A DNA stretch of 64,000 nucleotides from a virus: positions 1 to 64,000 of the IMG/VR virus record IMGVR_UViG_3300045988_109843. One strand, 5' to 3'. A program made the translations under genes and the position numbers. Below the pieces are notes generated by a model, which saw nothing but the letters and a program-made list of their open reading frames with translations, had not been told where the DNA came from and searched no databases. Shown piece after piece: positions 29,435 through 39,499 of the stretch (within the stretch, counting starts at the first letter, position 1; each line of letters starts with the position of its first letter).

Positions 29435-31177
29435 TCAAATCACCTCAAAATCAACAATCTGTGCCTGCGGAGTCACTTTATTTCCATACTGATTTATAGA
29501 TAACCGGCATACAGCATTGATATATTTCTCTTCCTGACCACCATAGAAGTCATTGTTGATCCAGCCAATCATCCGGCCATTATCAGCAAAGCACACAAAA
29601 TCAATGCCTTTTTCTTCATCAGAATACTTCCACATATTACCGTTCTTGCCCATCGGAGCACATCCACTATGAATCAGCGGAATGTTTTTAATGTAGAAAT
29701 ACGGTTCGGAGATTCCCTGTGCCCAGATTTTATGCATTTCATACATGGTCTTCGGCAACGCAACGGTCAACCTACTATAGTCAAAATCAAAATCAACCAC
29801 GATTGCTTTACTCATCGTGACATCTTTAAGCAGTTCATCGCAATCCGCAATAGCCTTTGGTACGTTTTTTTTCTTGATTTTTACGCCAGCGGCATTATCA
29901 TGACCAAGAACCGACTCAAAATCTCCGGTACTCATCAAAAACTCCTTTAGACTTTCAATCGGAGAACCATCAGGATTTCTCATTGAACCACCAAAATACT
30001 CTTGATTTTCGTCTGGTTCTTCAGGGCAGGCCATCTCTCGAAGTAGTACGCAAGGTTTACCATACATTTCAGCCAGCTTGATTGCTACAACGCCAGTCAA
30101 ATTACTGTCCAGAATGCCAGTGGAATTACAAAATAAAACTTTACTTCTATCCGCTCCATACTTAGAAATCCAGTTTTGAAGTTCCGCGACAGCCTTGTCC
30201 TTGGTCTTGTTTTGCTGATACTTGCAAGACGAACACTCACGAGCCACATGCTGTGCCAGAGTCTCGTCAATCGTGACACCGGCATTCTTGCCACGAGTCG
30301 GAGTGTACTGGAATGTCTGTTCCTCACCGACCATCGCACGAAACATCCGCTTCTTCTGCTCGGATGAGCCAACACGAATCAGTGCGTTCATCATCGGAAC
30401 GATGTAGAACTGAACATCATTGATAGTCGGGTCACCCTTAATGTTGAAGCTATTCGCCTCAACCAAAGCACAAATCATCGGATTTACAATTCGTGCCAGA
30501 CCTTTCGTACAAAGGCGCTTTGTCTCATGCGAGTGCATATCCATAACATCACCGATGTTTCCGACAGCCACCAGATCAAGATATCGGTCTGCAACATCAG
30601 TCCAATTATATTCATCAACAGCCTGAAGGAACTTATACACCACGCCAGCGCCAGACAATTCCTTATTAGGATATGTACCATTCTGGTTATTAACGATTAC
30701 TGCGTAAGGATTCTCTCTGTCGCAAATGTGATGGTCAAGAACCAAAATATCAATGCCCTTTTCACGAAGTTCCTTGCACTGCTCAACATCATTGCTGCCA
30801 GCATCAGGAATAATCAGTAAGGTAGTTTCAGGTGAAACCTCAATTTCTTTAGAGAGTCCATGCTCCTTGCCACTATGATGCAGAACATTGATTTTTCCAA
30901 AATAACCAATCGTCTTCAAATACTGAAACATCATTGAAGCACTTGTGAAACCATCCACATCACAGTCTACAAGGATAGAGATAATAGACTTATTCCAGAT
31001 GTGTTTGTTCAACAGCCTGACAGCATCTTCCATGTTGTCCAGTTCCCACGGAGAATTTAAGCAAGAATCATCCAGATTCATGTAGGTCTTATAATCCTCG
31101 ACCCCTCTATTCTCCATAATCGTTCCAATCGGGTCTGATAGGTCGTTCCTACTCCCCTTCCAGAGTTTTACATTCAT
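29435..31177 (-). CDS. RecJ-like DHH/DHHA1 phosphoesterase (single-strand DNA exonuclease)
   Basis: 580 aa. DHH motifs DCDVDGFTS and LVLDHHICD. DHHA1 GHDNAAG. Confidence 0.75.
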   Translation of the reverse strand: MNVKLWKGSRNDLSDPIGTIMENRGVEDYKTYMNLDDSCLNSPWELDNMEDAVRLLNKHIWNKSIISILVDCDVDGFTSASMMFQYLKTIGYFGKINVLHHSGKEHGLSKEIEVSPETTLLIIPDAGSNDVEQCKELREKGIDILVLDHHICDRENPYAVIVNNQNGTYPNKELSGAGVVYKFLQAVDEYNWTDVADRYLDLVAVGNIGDVMDMHSHETKRLCTKGLARIVNPMICALVEANSFNIKGDPTINDVQFYIVPMMNALIRVGSSEQKKRMFRAMVGEEQTFQYTPTRGKNAGVTIDETLAQHVARECSSCKYQQNKTKDKAVAELQNWISKYGADRSKVLFCNSTGILDSNLTGVVAIKLAEMYGKPCVLLREMACPEEPDENQEYFGGSMRNPDGSPIESLKEFLMSTGDFESVLGHDNAAGVKIKKKNVPKAIADCDELLKDVTMSKAIVVDFDFDYSRLTVALPKTMYEMHKIWAQGISEPYFYIKNIPLIHSGCAPMGKNGNMWKYSDEEKGIDFVCFADNGRMIGWINNDFYGGQEEKYINAVCRLSINQYGNKVTPQAQIVDFEVI

Positions 31178-32196
31178 TTAATTCTCCTAACACAGTTCTC
31201 AATCAATGCCTTAAATTTTTCAGGATTATCAGTCGGGGCTTCCTTTTCATCCAGAATTCCTTTATCATCTACTACAGCATACACACTTACGCCATCAACA
31301 AATCGATTGGCGAGAACCATAAGCTCACTAAGCTGAACGTCTTTATCAAAAACAAAACAAATATCAACGCAAAGACGTGTTAAAATTTCAATTTGATTCT
31401 GTGAAACCTTCTTGCCGCCAGTCGCCACGCAGTTGCAGACGTTCATATTCCACATCTGCATGACAGACTTTTCAGCTTCACCAACATATACTAGACCTTC
31501 ATTCTTAATGTATGGCTCTGTCTTATAAAGACCATACAGAATACGGTTTCTGGCACACGGCTCAAGATACAGATACTTCAATTCACCTTCAGGCGGCTTA
31601 CCAAAATATCTTCCCTTTACACCAACCAGAGTACCAATTTCATCTCTGATTGGAATCGTGATTCTATTTGTTAGTTCGTCAAAGCCAATCTCAAATTCCT
31701 GCTGTGTCTCATAAGATATCCCATCGTCAGCAAAGATCTGGTTCACATAAGGTTTATAATAACCGAGGATGGCTTCGGGGATAGGGACTATCGGACGGTC
31801 ATCCTCGTGTTCTTCACCTTCATTTTGCATGGCGATGAGTTCTTTTAGAATCAACATACTTTTAGGAAGGTCTTCCTCGAAGTTGTGATAGTAGTCAAGA
31901 CCAACCCATTCGCAGATTTGCTTAATGGCTTTTGGGAAAGACAGTTCCAGAAAGAACTGGACGACAGAAATCAAATCATAACTGGTCTTTCCATTGGCAA
32001 TATCTCGTGTGTAATCTACCGCAGTAAGATTTTCATTCTCGTAAATGCAGAGTGCCGTTCTATTGTCACCATCTGGATTTGCACACTGGTAATAACCAGT
32101 CTTGTGACTAATATGATGACAACCAAGTTCCTCCAGAATCGGTTCAATCTGCTGTTCTTCAAGAATGTAATTTTTCAGATCTGCGATATTTACCAT
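31174..32196 (-). CDS. DNA primase (zinc-finger + TOPRIM, DnaG-like)
   Basis: 340 aa. CHH...C.NPDG zinc-binding region. TOPRIM-like VYVGEAEKS and FVFDKD acidic motifs. Confidence 0.55.
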   Translation of the reverse strand: MVNIADLKNYILEEQQIEPILEELGCHHISHKTGYYQCANPDGDNRTALCIYENENLTAVDYTRDIANGKTSYDLISVVQFFLELSFPKAIKQICEWVGLDYYHNFEEDLPKSMLILKELIAMQNEGEEHEDDRPIVPIPEAILGYYKPYVNQIFADDGISYETQQEFEIGFDELTNRITIPIRDEIGTLVGVKGRYFGKPPEGELKYLYLEPCARNRILYGLYKTEPYIKNEGLVYVGEAEKSVMQMWNMNVCNCVATGGKKVSQNQIEILTRLCVDICFVFDKDVQLSELMVLANRFVDGVSVYAVVDDKGILDEKEAPTDNPEKFKALIENCVRRIK

Positions 32197-32205
32197 TGTA
32201 GTTCC

Positions 32206-33729
32206 TTACTTTCTGGTGCAGACACCGACCTCTTTCCAGACATTCTGGTTCAAATTCACTTCAAACATGATTTTCTTTTTCTCACCAAAGCGGTTCTTGT
32301 CGATGTTTCCAACGTAATACCGCTTATCTGGATTTAGCCGATGGGCACAGTCACCGCCCCACTCAGGGTCATGAGATATATATTGATACTTCACGAACTT
32401 ATCTTTTGGAATCTCCTTAAACAGAACCATCGTCCAAGCAACATGTTTAATCATTTTTGACTCAGCAATGTTATTTGAATTCAGCTCATCAGGAAGATAC
32501 TCATGAGCGTTTTCGGCCAACTGGATACTACCATAGATAAAGATCTTTAGATTTTTCGCAATCTCTTCAAGCTCGGTGGCCGTGACCTTGAACGCTGCCC
32601 ATTCACCAATAGATGCAATATCGTTCTTTAAAGTATCATAGAACACATACTTAACTCCCTGAGTGAGAGCTGCCTTCTGAATTTCAAATCGCAGGGACTT
32701 ATCACTATAATCGGCAGAAACATCTTTTGCGATAATCAAGCCTTGTGATTCGTTCTCAATCCACTGGCAAACATCAAGCACATTGCGGTACTCTTCGCTT
32801 TCTTCGTAGACACGAGCGGTAAACTCATCAATGCTTTCTATGTATTCTCCATCTTCGTTTTGCTTTCGGAAGATGAAATTTCCGTTTGCATCCCGGTACA
32901 TTCCAAGAGTGATTTCTCGCTCATCCTTATGGAAACGATGACCATGCAACTCTTGAAACTCAGGATTATTGATGGCGGTGACCAGTAAGCAATACCGGAC
33001 GGATTCAAGATCCATCTCATTCAGCAGCAGAAGAGCTTTTTGCTTTTGAACTAATGTGACGTAGGCAACAATCGCCATCATGTATCTAGTCTTACCAGCG
33101 TTAGATGGCATACCATTGAACATCACAGTGCCAAGCTTCAATCCTCGGAACAAATCATTCATGATAGGATACTGGAACGGCAAACCCATATCGGGAACGC
33201 TCAGCCGTTCATTAACCATTGGTAGCAGACCATTATTCAAAATCTCAGCATCATCGTTTGTAATGATAACCGTATTGATCTTGTCGGCCTTGCCACGAAT
33301 CAATTTGTAAATGTCCTGAGCACCAAACATTTCAAACTGTCGATGCTTCAAGATTCCTTCAATGTTAAATCCGTTTCTTTGATACTCACGAAGTAGCGAA
33401 TATTTCTTCAGGATATTGAAATATCCCTTGATATCATCGTCATTCGCAAGGCTCATGTAGTATTCAATGGTTGACCAGCCCTTCAGCCGCTTGTATTGAG
33501 ATAATCTGGACTCGTCTTCAGCCATAAACGTTAAAACAGACGTTTTATTAAATTCTTGAGTCCGAGTTTCGTAAATAATCAACGCTGTATCGTAGAAAAA
33601 TTTTGTTGCTTCATCGGCAAAATCGTACTTGCTCTTGACATAATGCCCATACTCGACCAAATAGTCAGGATGCTTGTAAATTGCGCCAACAAATAGAATT
33701 TCGTTCGGGATATTTGAAATGAGTTCCAC
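32206..33729 (-). CDS. DnaB-like replicative DNA helicase
   Basis: 507 aa. Walker A GMPSNAGKT inside a RecA-like core. Encoded next to the primase. Confidence 0.65.
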   Translation of the reverse strand: MELISNIPNEILFVGAIYKHPDYLVEYGHYVKSKYDFADEATKFFYDTALIIYETRTQEFNKTSVLTFMAEDESRLSQYKRLKGWSTIEYYMSLANDDDIKGYFNILKKYSLLREYQRNGFNIEGILKHRQFEMFGAQDIYKLIRGKADKINTVIITNDDAEILNNGLLPMVNERLSVPDMGLPFQYPIMNDLFRGLKLGTVMFNGMPSNAGKTRYMMAIVAYVTLVQKQKALLLLNEMDLESVRYCLLVTAINNPEFQELHGHRFHKDEREITLGMYRDANGNFIFRKQNEDGEYIESIDEFTARVYEESEEYRNVLDVCQWIENESQGLIIAKDVSADYSDKSLRFEIQKAALTQGVKYVFYDTLKNDIASIGEWAAFKVTATELEEIAKNLKIFIYGSIQLAENAHEYLPDELNSNNIAESKMIKHVAWTMVLFKEIPKDKFVKYQYISHDPEWGGDCAHRLNPDKRYYVGNIDKNRFGEKKKIMFEVNLNQNVWKEVGVCTRK

Positions 33730-33746
33730 TCATCCACCTCCCTCTT

Positions 33747-34439
33747 TTATATCTCATCGAGAATTGCATTTATATCAATTTCGTTCTCGTTTTTGCTCTG
33801 TTTCGGTATTGTTTTCATTCGTTTCAGTACCGTTTCAGTCAGGTTTTCCTTCGTTTTGCTTTCGCTTTCACGGCGAATCGAAGCTAGTCTTTCTTTCCGT
33901 TCAAGATAACTAGGATATTGAGCCAACAAAACAGCCAAATCGTAATTCCATCGCTGGCTCATATCACAACCCTTAGCTTCTTTCTCGGCAATTATCTTAT
34001 CTAGTCTGGGTTTCGCTAGAACCCACATATCGTAAAGTTCTAGCGGAGGAATAGAACCTCTATATTTGTAATAATTACCGGAAATCAACTGCGTAAGTTT
34101 CGAGTAGAAGCTACCCGGAACAACCGCCGGGGCGTATGTATCTCGAATGTGGTCGAAAAGAATCTTTTTCTCTTCCTGTTTGATATGTGCAAGCTCACGA
34201 TTTTTGTCTTGCTCTCTCTTTTTGGAAAGAAGATCATCGACCTTTTTGTCCGTAGTGTCTTTCACTTTGTCAAAAAATGCCCTTAGCAGGTCATCTGTCC
34301 AAGGGCGTTTTTGATTTTTCTTTTTTTCTACAAAACAATCCTTATGGTAAAAACCCGTCTTGTCGTATAAAAAAGTGCTACGGTCTCGCTCGATGAAAAT
34401 ATTCTTCCCGCAAATCTTGCATTTACGGGTAAGTTCCAT
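33747..34439 (-). CDS. hypothetical protein with N-terminal zinc ribbon
   Basis: 230 aa. CKICG...HKDC. Confidence 0.5.
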   Translation of the reverse strand: MELTRKCKICGKNIFIERDRSTFLYDKTGFYHKDCFVEKKKNQKRPWTDDLLRAFFDKVKDTTDKKVDDLLSKKREQDKNRELAHIKQEEKKILFDHIRDTYAPAVVPGSFYSKLTQLISGNYYKYRGSIPPLELYDMWVLAKPRLDKIIAEKEAKGCDMSQRWNYDLAVLLAQYPSYLERKERLASIRRESESKTKENLTETVLKRMKTIPKQSKNENEIDINAILDEI

Positions 34440-35587
34440 TAAGCCAGTTCCTTCTCCATGACTGCGGCGACCTTCTTCAGTTCCTCAATATCAGTCATAG
34501 AACGGAATGCAGTAGACAGGCCAGCTGCCTTAACAGCCTTCTGCGCGGCGCTCTTCTTCACAGGAGAAGCGGAAGCAATCAGGTCATTCAGCTTTGCCTT
34601 GATGTCATCCATAGAAGGCTCTTTACTATCGGAACTCTTATCTGCCGGAACATCATCCGGCTCATCGTTTTCGATACCAAGGTCACGCATACTCAACTTA
34701 ACCTCAGTCTTAACAGCATCGTTTAAGCCGTTCTTAATGACGTTCTCCCGATTCTTTGCGCTACTAGAGATAATATCCTGATACTCAAGCAGGGTCAGAT
34801 CCTCAACGACCTCACCGCCCTTATGCATACCGGTACGATCCTTATCGAAGAAAGCGAGCTGCTGACCATCCTGAAAATACAGGCGGAACTCAGTATCAAC
34901 GTTGTACTCCTGACCAGCAAACCCATCAGGAATCTTACGACCAGTAGGCTCACTTACGATAGAACCATTCACAACCTTAGTATGTTTCTCGTCCTTCTCT
35001 CGGCAAACAACGATGTAGTTCACACCAGAAGCATTCAGATCCAGAATCAGAGACTGACCCTTGAAGTTCAAGGTATTGAAATCCTTGAGCTCCATACCAG
35101 CACCCTCAATCTTGACTGCCTTTTCATCACCAGTCAGACCCTGAGATGCAGCCTTAACCTTGGCACGCTTCTGCGAGAAGGCGGTGAGGCCCTGGGTAGC
35201 AGTCATCTTGAGGATGGAAGCTGAGTCAACAACCAGAGCGTCTGCACGGAACGGCTTGCCATCTGCATCCAGATAAACATCTCCATTCTCATCCTCAATA
35301 TCCTCATCATTGGTAACCATCTTGATATAATCCTGAACCTCTGCTAGAGACTGTGTGTAAACAATCAACAGATTATCAGGATTCACACCATTGGCTTCCA
35401 GCTCCTCAGTGTAATTATCAATAGAACCATTCTCGGTATCCAAATACAGAACACGGAACGGCTTGCCATCTGCATTCTTCAAATAGCACAGCTGCATAGC
35501 AGTACGAGACTTACCAGTTCCCTGTTCACCATAAATCAGCATATGAAGCTTCTTACGAACAGCAGATGCCTTACGAATCATAGCCAT
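34439..35587 (-). CDS. phage AAA_24/Sak4-like RecA-fold ATPase
   Basis: 382 aa. MLIYGEQGTGKSRTA Walker A, then YLDTENG, typical of Sak4-type recombination ATPases. Confidence 0.65.
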   Translation of the reverse strand: MAMIRKASAVRKKLHMLIYGEQGTGKSRTAMQLCYLKNADGKPFRVLYLDTENGSIDNYTEELEANGVNPDNLLIVYTQSLAEVQDYIKMVTNDEDIEDENGDVYLDADGKPFRADALVVDSASILKMTATQGLTAFSQKRAKVKAASQGLTGDEKAVKIEGAGMELKDFNTLNFKGQSLILDLNASGVNYIVVCREKDEKHTKVVNGSIVSEPTGRKIPDGFAGQEYNVDTEFRLYFQDGQQLAFFDKDRTGMHKGGEVVEDLTLLEYQDIISSSAKNRENVIKNGLNDAVKTEVKLSMRDLGIENDEPDDVPADKSSDSKEPSMDDIKAKLNDLIASASPVKKSAAQKAVKAAGLSTAFRSMTDIEELKKVAAVMEKELA

Positions 35588-35623
35588 ATATGTAAATTCC
35601 TCTCTAAATCTTTTCCTTTATAA

Positions 35624-35644
35624 GTATCCTGTGTTACTTAGCTA
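35624..35644 (+). repeat. 21-bp conserved motif, forward copy (GTATCCTGTGTTACTTAGCTA)
   Basis: Lies between the SSB stop and the sak4 start. One of at least 9 copies. Confidence 0.7.
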
Positions 35645-35654
35645 AGACTAAAAA

Positions 35655-36758
35655 TTACACTCCCCAGTCATCCTCTTCCTCATCGGCAGGAGTCGCAGTG
35701 GACTTGTTAGAACCACCCCACCAAGAAGTATCGTTCTCAGCTGCCTTGCCATCGAAGTCCTTCTTAGCCTGAGCGTTGGCAGCAATCTTTGCCCGTGCCT
35801 CGGAGATATTGTCCTCAGTATAGGTAGGCTCTGCATCCTTATCGCCGGGATTCGGATCAAAGGAATCAGGATTAACACCCTCGATATACAGCTTACGAAC
35901 TGCCGGAGTGCTCTGACGCTTCATCTTGTTAGGACCACCCCAGATATTCTCAGTCTCAACTTCCTCAACCTTCTGCTGATTAACGATGGGACCAAAACAC
36001 TCGAAACTAGTATAAGGCTTCAAACGCTTACGAATAGAATCGGCCAGAACCTTATTCTGAGTGTTTGCCTTATAGTCAATGAAGAACTCTGCATCCTCAA
36101 TAGTGTTGTAATTCACGATTTTTGCATCGACAACTACTTCATCGCCCTCATCACTCTTGCGGCAACCAGTGTAAACAATGGTCTGGGTAAACAGAGCCAG
36201 CTCTTCAAAACCCTCTGCATCGAAGTCGATTTCCTTAGAACTCAGAGAAACCTGAGTAGGAACAAAGCGAATCTGGTGCTTGCCGTTGTAAGTGCTGTAC
36301 TCGATGTTGCCACGGACATACACGTTGTCACCGTCATGCAGGTTCTCGGAGATCTCCTTAGCTGCATCGAAGTCGGTCAGAGTCTTGTTATCATTGACGA
36401 CCTTACCAGACTCATTCGTCTTCTTGGTAACACCGACCTTGACGCCAATCATATCATAGCCTTCCGGTGCAACATAAGTCAGACGATCCTTCCAAGCGAC
36501 TTCCTTCTTATCCTTCTCGATGCCCTTGTCCTTATCGGCACGACGGAAGAAGTAAACCTTATCACGAGGCATACCAGCCAAATCAATATAGAATGTGTTT
36601 TCATTGGAAGTCTGAACACCAAAGCTCAGAACACGGCGCATAGCACCACTCTTAGTCTCTTTCTCGTTATAGAAGTTACTACGCTGGGTGCCGGTGACCT
36701 TACCAGCCATCTCAAAAGAACCACGGGTCTGAGGAAGATTAAAAATTCTATCTGCCAT
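35655..36758 (-). CDS. putative single-stranded DNA-binding protein
   Basis: 367 aa. Two OB-fold-like halves and an acidic C-terminal tail ...PADEEEDDWGV. Sits next to Sak4. Confidence 0.45.
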   Translation of the reverse strand: MADRIFNLPQTRGSFEMAGKVTGTQRSNFYNEKETKSGAMRRVLSFGVQTSNENTFYIDLAGMPRDKVYFFRRADKDKGIEKDKKEVAWKDRLTYVAPEGYDMIGVKVGVTKKTNESGKVVNDNKTLTDFDAAKEISENLHDGDNVYVRGNIEYSTYNGKHQIRFVPTQVSLSSKEIDFDAEGFEELALFTQTIVYTGCRKSDEGDEVVVDAKIVNYNTIEDAEFFIDYKANTQNKVLADSIRKRLKPYTSFECFGPIVNQQKVEEVETENIWGGPNKMKRQSTPAVRKLYIEGVNPDSFDPNPGDKDAEPTYTEDNISEARAKIAANAQAKKDFDGKAAENDTSWWGGSNKSTATPADEEEDDWGV

Positions 36759-36903
36759 ATCAAGTCTCCTTTATGTAATTTTGTTTCATTGATAATCACT
36801 TATGTTTCCTGTTATCGTCTTAAATCAATTCATGCACTATTCATTTTATGTATTATCCTCCGTCTGGTTTATTGATGGCTTATATTTCATACGGCACCCG
36901 CCG

Positions 36904-37116
36904 TTAGAAATCGTCCTTTAATGGATTATGTATAAACATTGCGCCGAGCACTACTGGGAACCGTTCTGAACACTCAGGACACAAATCAAAACTCAAAAGC
37001 GAACCATCAAGTTGGCTACCATAAGAGTATTGATGCTCAAAACTGATTCCCTGCTCGCTACCTATCGGCTTGATTTCACGACCACACCAGTTACATATTT
37101 TCTTACATGTGTTCAT
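36904..37116 (-). CDS. hypothetical zinc-ribbon protein
   Basis: 70 aa, 4 Cys. Confidence 0.4.
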   Translation of the reverse strand: MNTCKKICNWCGREIKPIGSEQGISFEHQYSYGSQLDGSLLSFDLCPECSERFPVVLGAMFIHNPLKDDF

Positions 37117-37133
37117 ACGGCATCACCCCATTT

Positions 37134-37421
37134 TTAATATTCTCTATCACGGAACATTTTAGATTGAGCACGAGTCAGTCTGTTGTTCCGGCCATACTTA
37201 GGTCTGAATGCGGACTGCAGCTTATTGTTTGCGTATTCGAGGTCACTCTCCAGAATCTTAGCAGCTTCTTCAATATAATCTCGAATGGCACAATACTGGT
37301 CGTTGTTGATGCAGTGTGTCTTTAGACAATCAAGCATATCGACGGCCTGATTTTTTAAAAGAAGCGTATCTTCAAGCTGTGTCTTGCGCCGTTGGAAGAA
37401 ATCTATGTTCATATGTGTCAC
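37134..37421 (-). CDS. hypothetical protein
   Basis: 95 aa. Confidence 0.4.
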   Translation of the reverse strand: MTHMNIDFFQRRKTQLEDTLLLKNQAVDMLDCLKTHCINNDQYCAIRDYIEEAAKILESDLEYANNKLQSAFRPKYGRNNRLTRAQSKMFRDREY

Positions 37422-37735
37422 TCCTTCTTTACAAAAGGATTATACTCACTAGGGTCGGCTTTATTTGCCCACTCGACCCACTTAACAACCTTTTCACGAA
37501 GTTCATCGTCAAGTAAAAATGGCTCACGAATCAAAATAATCTTTGGATTCTTCTTCATGATGTCTGCATTTGTCTTGATTTCATCATAATCAATCGAGCC
37601 ATAAAACATCTTGCTACGAACCTTGTCGCTATGACTTGAAATATGACGAGTGAACGATTCCTCACGAAACTTAAACTTCTCGGTCAGATGCGGATTGAGC
37701 TTCAAATCATACTCTTGAATGTATCCGACTTTCAC
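37418..37735 (-). CDS. hypothetical protein
   Basis: 105 aa. Confidence 0.45.
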   Translation of the reverse strand: MKVGYIQEYDLKLNPHLTEKFKFREESFTRHISSHSDKVRSKMFYGSIDYDEIKTNADIMKKNPKIILIREPFLLDDELREKVVKWVEWANKADPSEYNPFVKKE

Positions 37736-37962
37736 AGCACTTCACCTCCACTAAAACCGCAATCACGCTTGACGTTCTTATCAGTCCATCGGCTCCAATC
37801 CATCTTGTGATGACACTCTGGACACTTCGGCTCAAGCTTCTCTAATTTTGTCACACAGAACGGACAGAGATATGTGCTCTTTTCCTTCTGGAAGATAGGA
37901 CTTGCCAGAAGGCTCAAGGAACCGGAATCAATGGTTACATTGATAGGAATTTTGCTGTTCAT
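37732..37962 (-). CDS. hypothetical zinc-finger protein
   Basis: 76 aa. CPFCV...CPEC. Confidence 0.4.
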   Translation of the reverse strand: MNSKIPINVTIDSGSLSLLASPIFQKEKSTYLCPFCVTKLEKLEPKCPECHHKMDWSRWTDKNVKRDCGFSGGEVL

Positions 37963-37999
37963 CGTGTCACCTCTTGTTTGAATTAGCCTTTTATGAGAT

Positions 38000-39409
38000 T
38001 TAGTCTTCTGGAAAATGCTTCTTTGTCACCGCAACGCAAAACGGTTCAATTTCAGATCCCCAGATAGCAGTATCATCACCATACGTACTTTCAAAGACAA
38101 GCGGAAAGCCACCGATTCCATCGAAAAGACTGCCAAGCGTAGGATTCTCACCGATATACGGCTTCATTTTCTGGAAAATCCAGTACCACTGCGGCAACGC
38201 AATCGAATTGCCGAGTGCCTTATAACGAGCTGCGTCAGAAGTTTTATGCTTCTTTTCGTTCTCATCAATCCAGTCACCGATATCTGTCCATCCATCAGGG
38301 AACCCCTGAAGCCGTTCATCCTCCAAAGGAGTCAAACGGCGAACAATCCATCGTAGATTCTTCGTTTCCTTCTCTGCAATCAGATCAGTAGCGTCCTTAT
38401 AATCACGAGATTTCATCGTGCTGGCGTGTTCACTTTCCTTGTACTCACCAATGCGCTGCATTGCAAAGGCTTTCTTTTCAACGACCAGCGGCATATTATT
38501 ACCGCCCGTTCCCCACTGAGCAGTACAAGTCGGACTTGTATCGCCCTGCTGAGTGTATCGAGCGTCCTGACTGTGACTCTCAAATACAACCGGTGAAATC
38601 TTTTGTTTTGAATTATGTAATGAGGGATTTTCTACCAAGCAAATTAGCGTCTGGTCTTGCAAAGTAGAAATCGTTGCGCTCAATTCAGTTTGAACCAGAG
38701 CGCCTTTACCTCCACCTTCACATCCAGAACGGATTTTTAGAGTGTAGGCTGCAGGTTCTGTGCATCGAGTTGAAGTCTCTCGATGGTCTGATTCCAATAC
38801 TCGTCCAATTCCTTCTCTTCCAGACCTTCTTGTTCCTTTACTTTCTGCACCACCTGTGACAGAGTTCCTGGATTCCACCATTCGATCATATCCAGCAACG
38901 CTTGCTTCAGGAGTTCGGGTAAAGGTTTTCCACGCCGGGATGCTCTCACAAGAATCCCCTGACATGCTCGTGCGCTCAAATAGAATTTCTGAGGCACGTT
39001 GTCCTCCAAAATCCATGACAAGCGCGATTCTCTGGCGACGCTGGGCGACTCCCCAGTATTTAGCGTCGAACAATCTCCATGCAAGAGACCATCCATTACC
39101 AGAAATCGCTCCAGCTTTTTCCCACTTTCCGTTCTTTCCTGAAGGTCGAGGAATTGAAACGTCTGGCTCGACAATGCGTGCAAATCTTTCCAACACACAT
39201 CTGAAGTCTTCGCCTTTGCTTGAGCTGAAAGCTCCTCTGACATTTTCCCAGATTGCAAATTTTGGATGTTCTCCATTGGTAGCCTCCCTCATTTCTGTAA
39301 TCACACGAATCATTTCAAGGAACAATCCAGAGCGTTCACCAGCCAAACCTTCACGTTTACCGGCCTGACTCAAATCTTGGCATGGACTGCCTCCTGTGAT
39401 ACAGGACAC
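38000..39409 (-). CDS. DNA (cytosine-5) methyltransferase with circularly permuted motif order
   Basis: N to C order: motif IV GGSPCQDLSQAG, VI ENVRG, VIII QRRQRIALV, IX RRLTPLEDERLQGFP, X ALGNSIALP, then motif I LFDGIGGFPLVFE and II WGSEIEP at the C-terminus. GTG start. An in-frame stop lies 19 codons upstream. Confidence 0.75.
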   Translation of the reverse strand: MSCITGGSPCQDLSQAGKREGLAGERSGLFLEMIRVITEMREATNGEHPKFAIWENVRGAFSSSKGEDFRCVLERFARIVEPDVSIPRPSGKNGKWEKAGAISGNGWSLAWRLFDAKYWGVAQRRQRIALVMDFGGQRASEILFERTSMSGDSCESIPAWKTFTRTPEASVAGYDRMVESRNSVTGGAESKGTRRSGREGIGRVLESDHRETSTRCTEPAAYTLKIRSGCEGGGKGALVQTELSATISTLQDQTLICLVENPSLHNSKQKISPVVFESHSQDARYTQQGDTSPTCTAQWGTGGNNMPLVVEKKAFAMQRIGEYKESEHASTMKSRDYKDATDLIAEKETKNLRWIVRRLTPLEDERLQGFPDGWTDIGDWIDENEKKHKTSDAARYKALGNSIALPQWYWIFQKMKPYIGENPTLGSLFDGIGGFPLVFESTYGDDTAIWGSEIEPFCVAVTKKHFPED

Positions 39410-39478
39410 CGGCTCAATCTGCCATCCATGGAGTTGTGTGATATCTCCGTAATGCTTCAGTTTTCATTCCTCCTTTTA

Positions 39479-39499
39479 GTATCCTGTGTAATGTAGCTA
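39479..39499 (+). repeat. 21-bp conserved motif, forward copy (GTATCCTGTGTAATGTAGCTA)
   Basis: Between the tRNA-operon terminator and the methyltransferase start. Confidence 0.7.

Noticed and set aside
23855-33729. Additional inteins in DnaE or DnaB, which are common intein hosts.
   Set aside because: Protein lengths (1114 and 507 aa) are normal for these families. No Cys/Ser-initiated, HN-terminated insert is visible.
39407-39470. Programmed ribosomal frameshift joining the 17-codon leader ORF to the methyltransferase, to supply a normal N-terminus.
   Set aside because: The leader encodes no methyltransferase motifs. Motifs I-II are unambiguously at the C-terminus, so a frameshift would not restore the canonical order. 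Translational coupling is the simpler reading.
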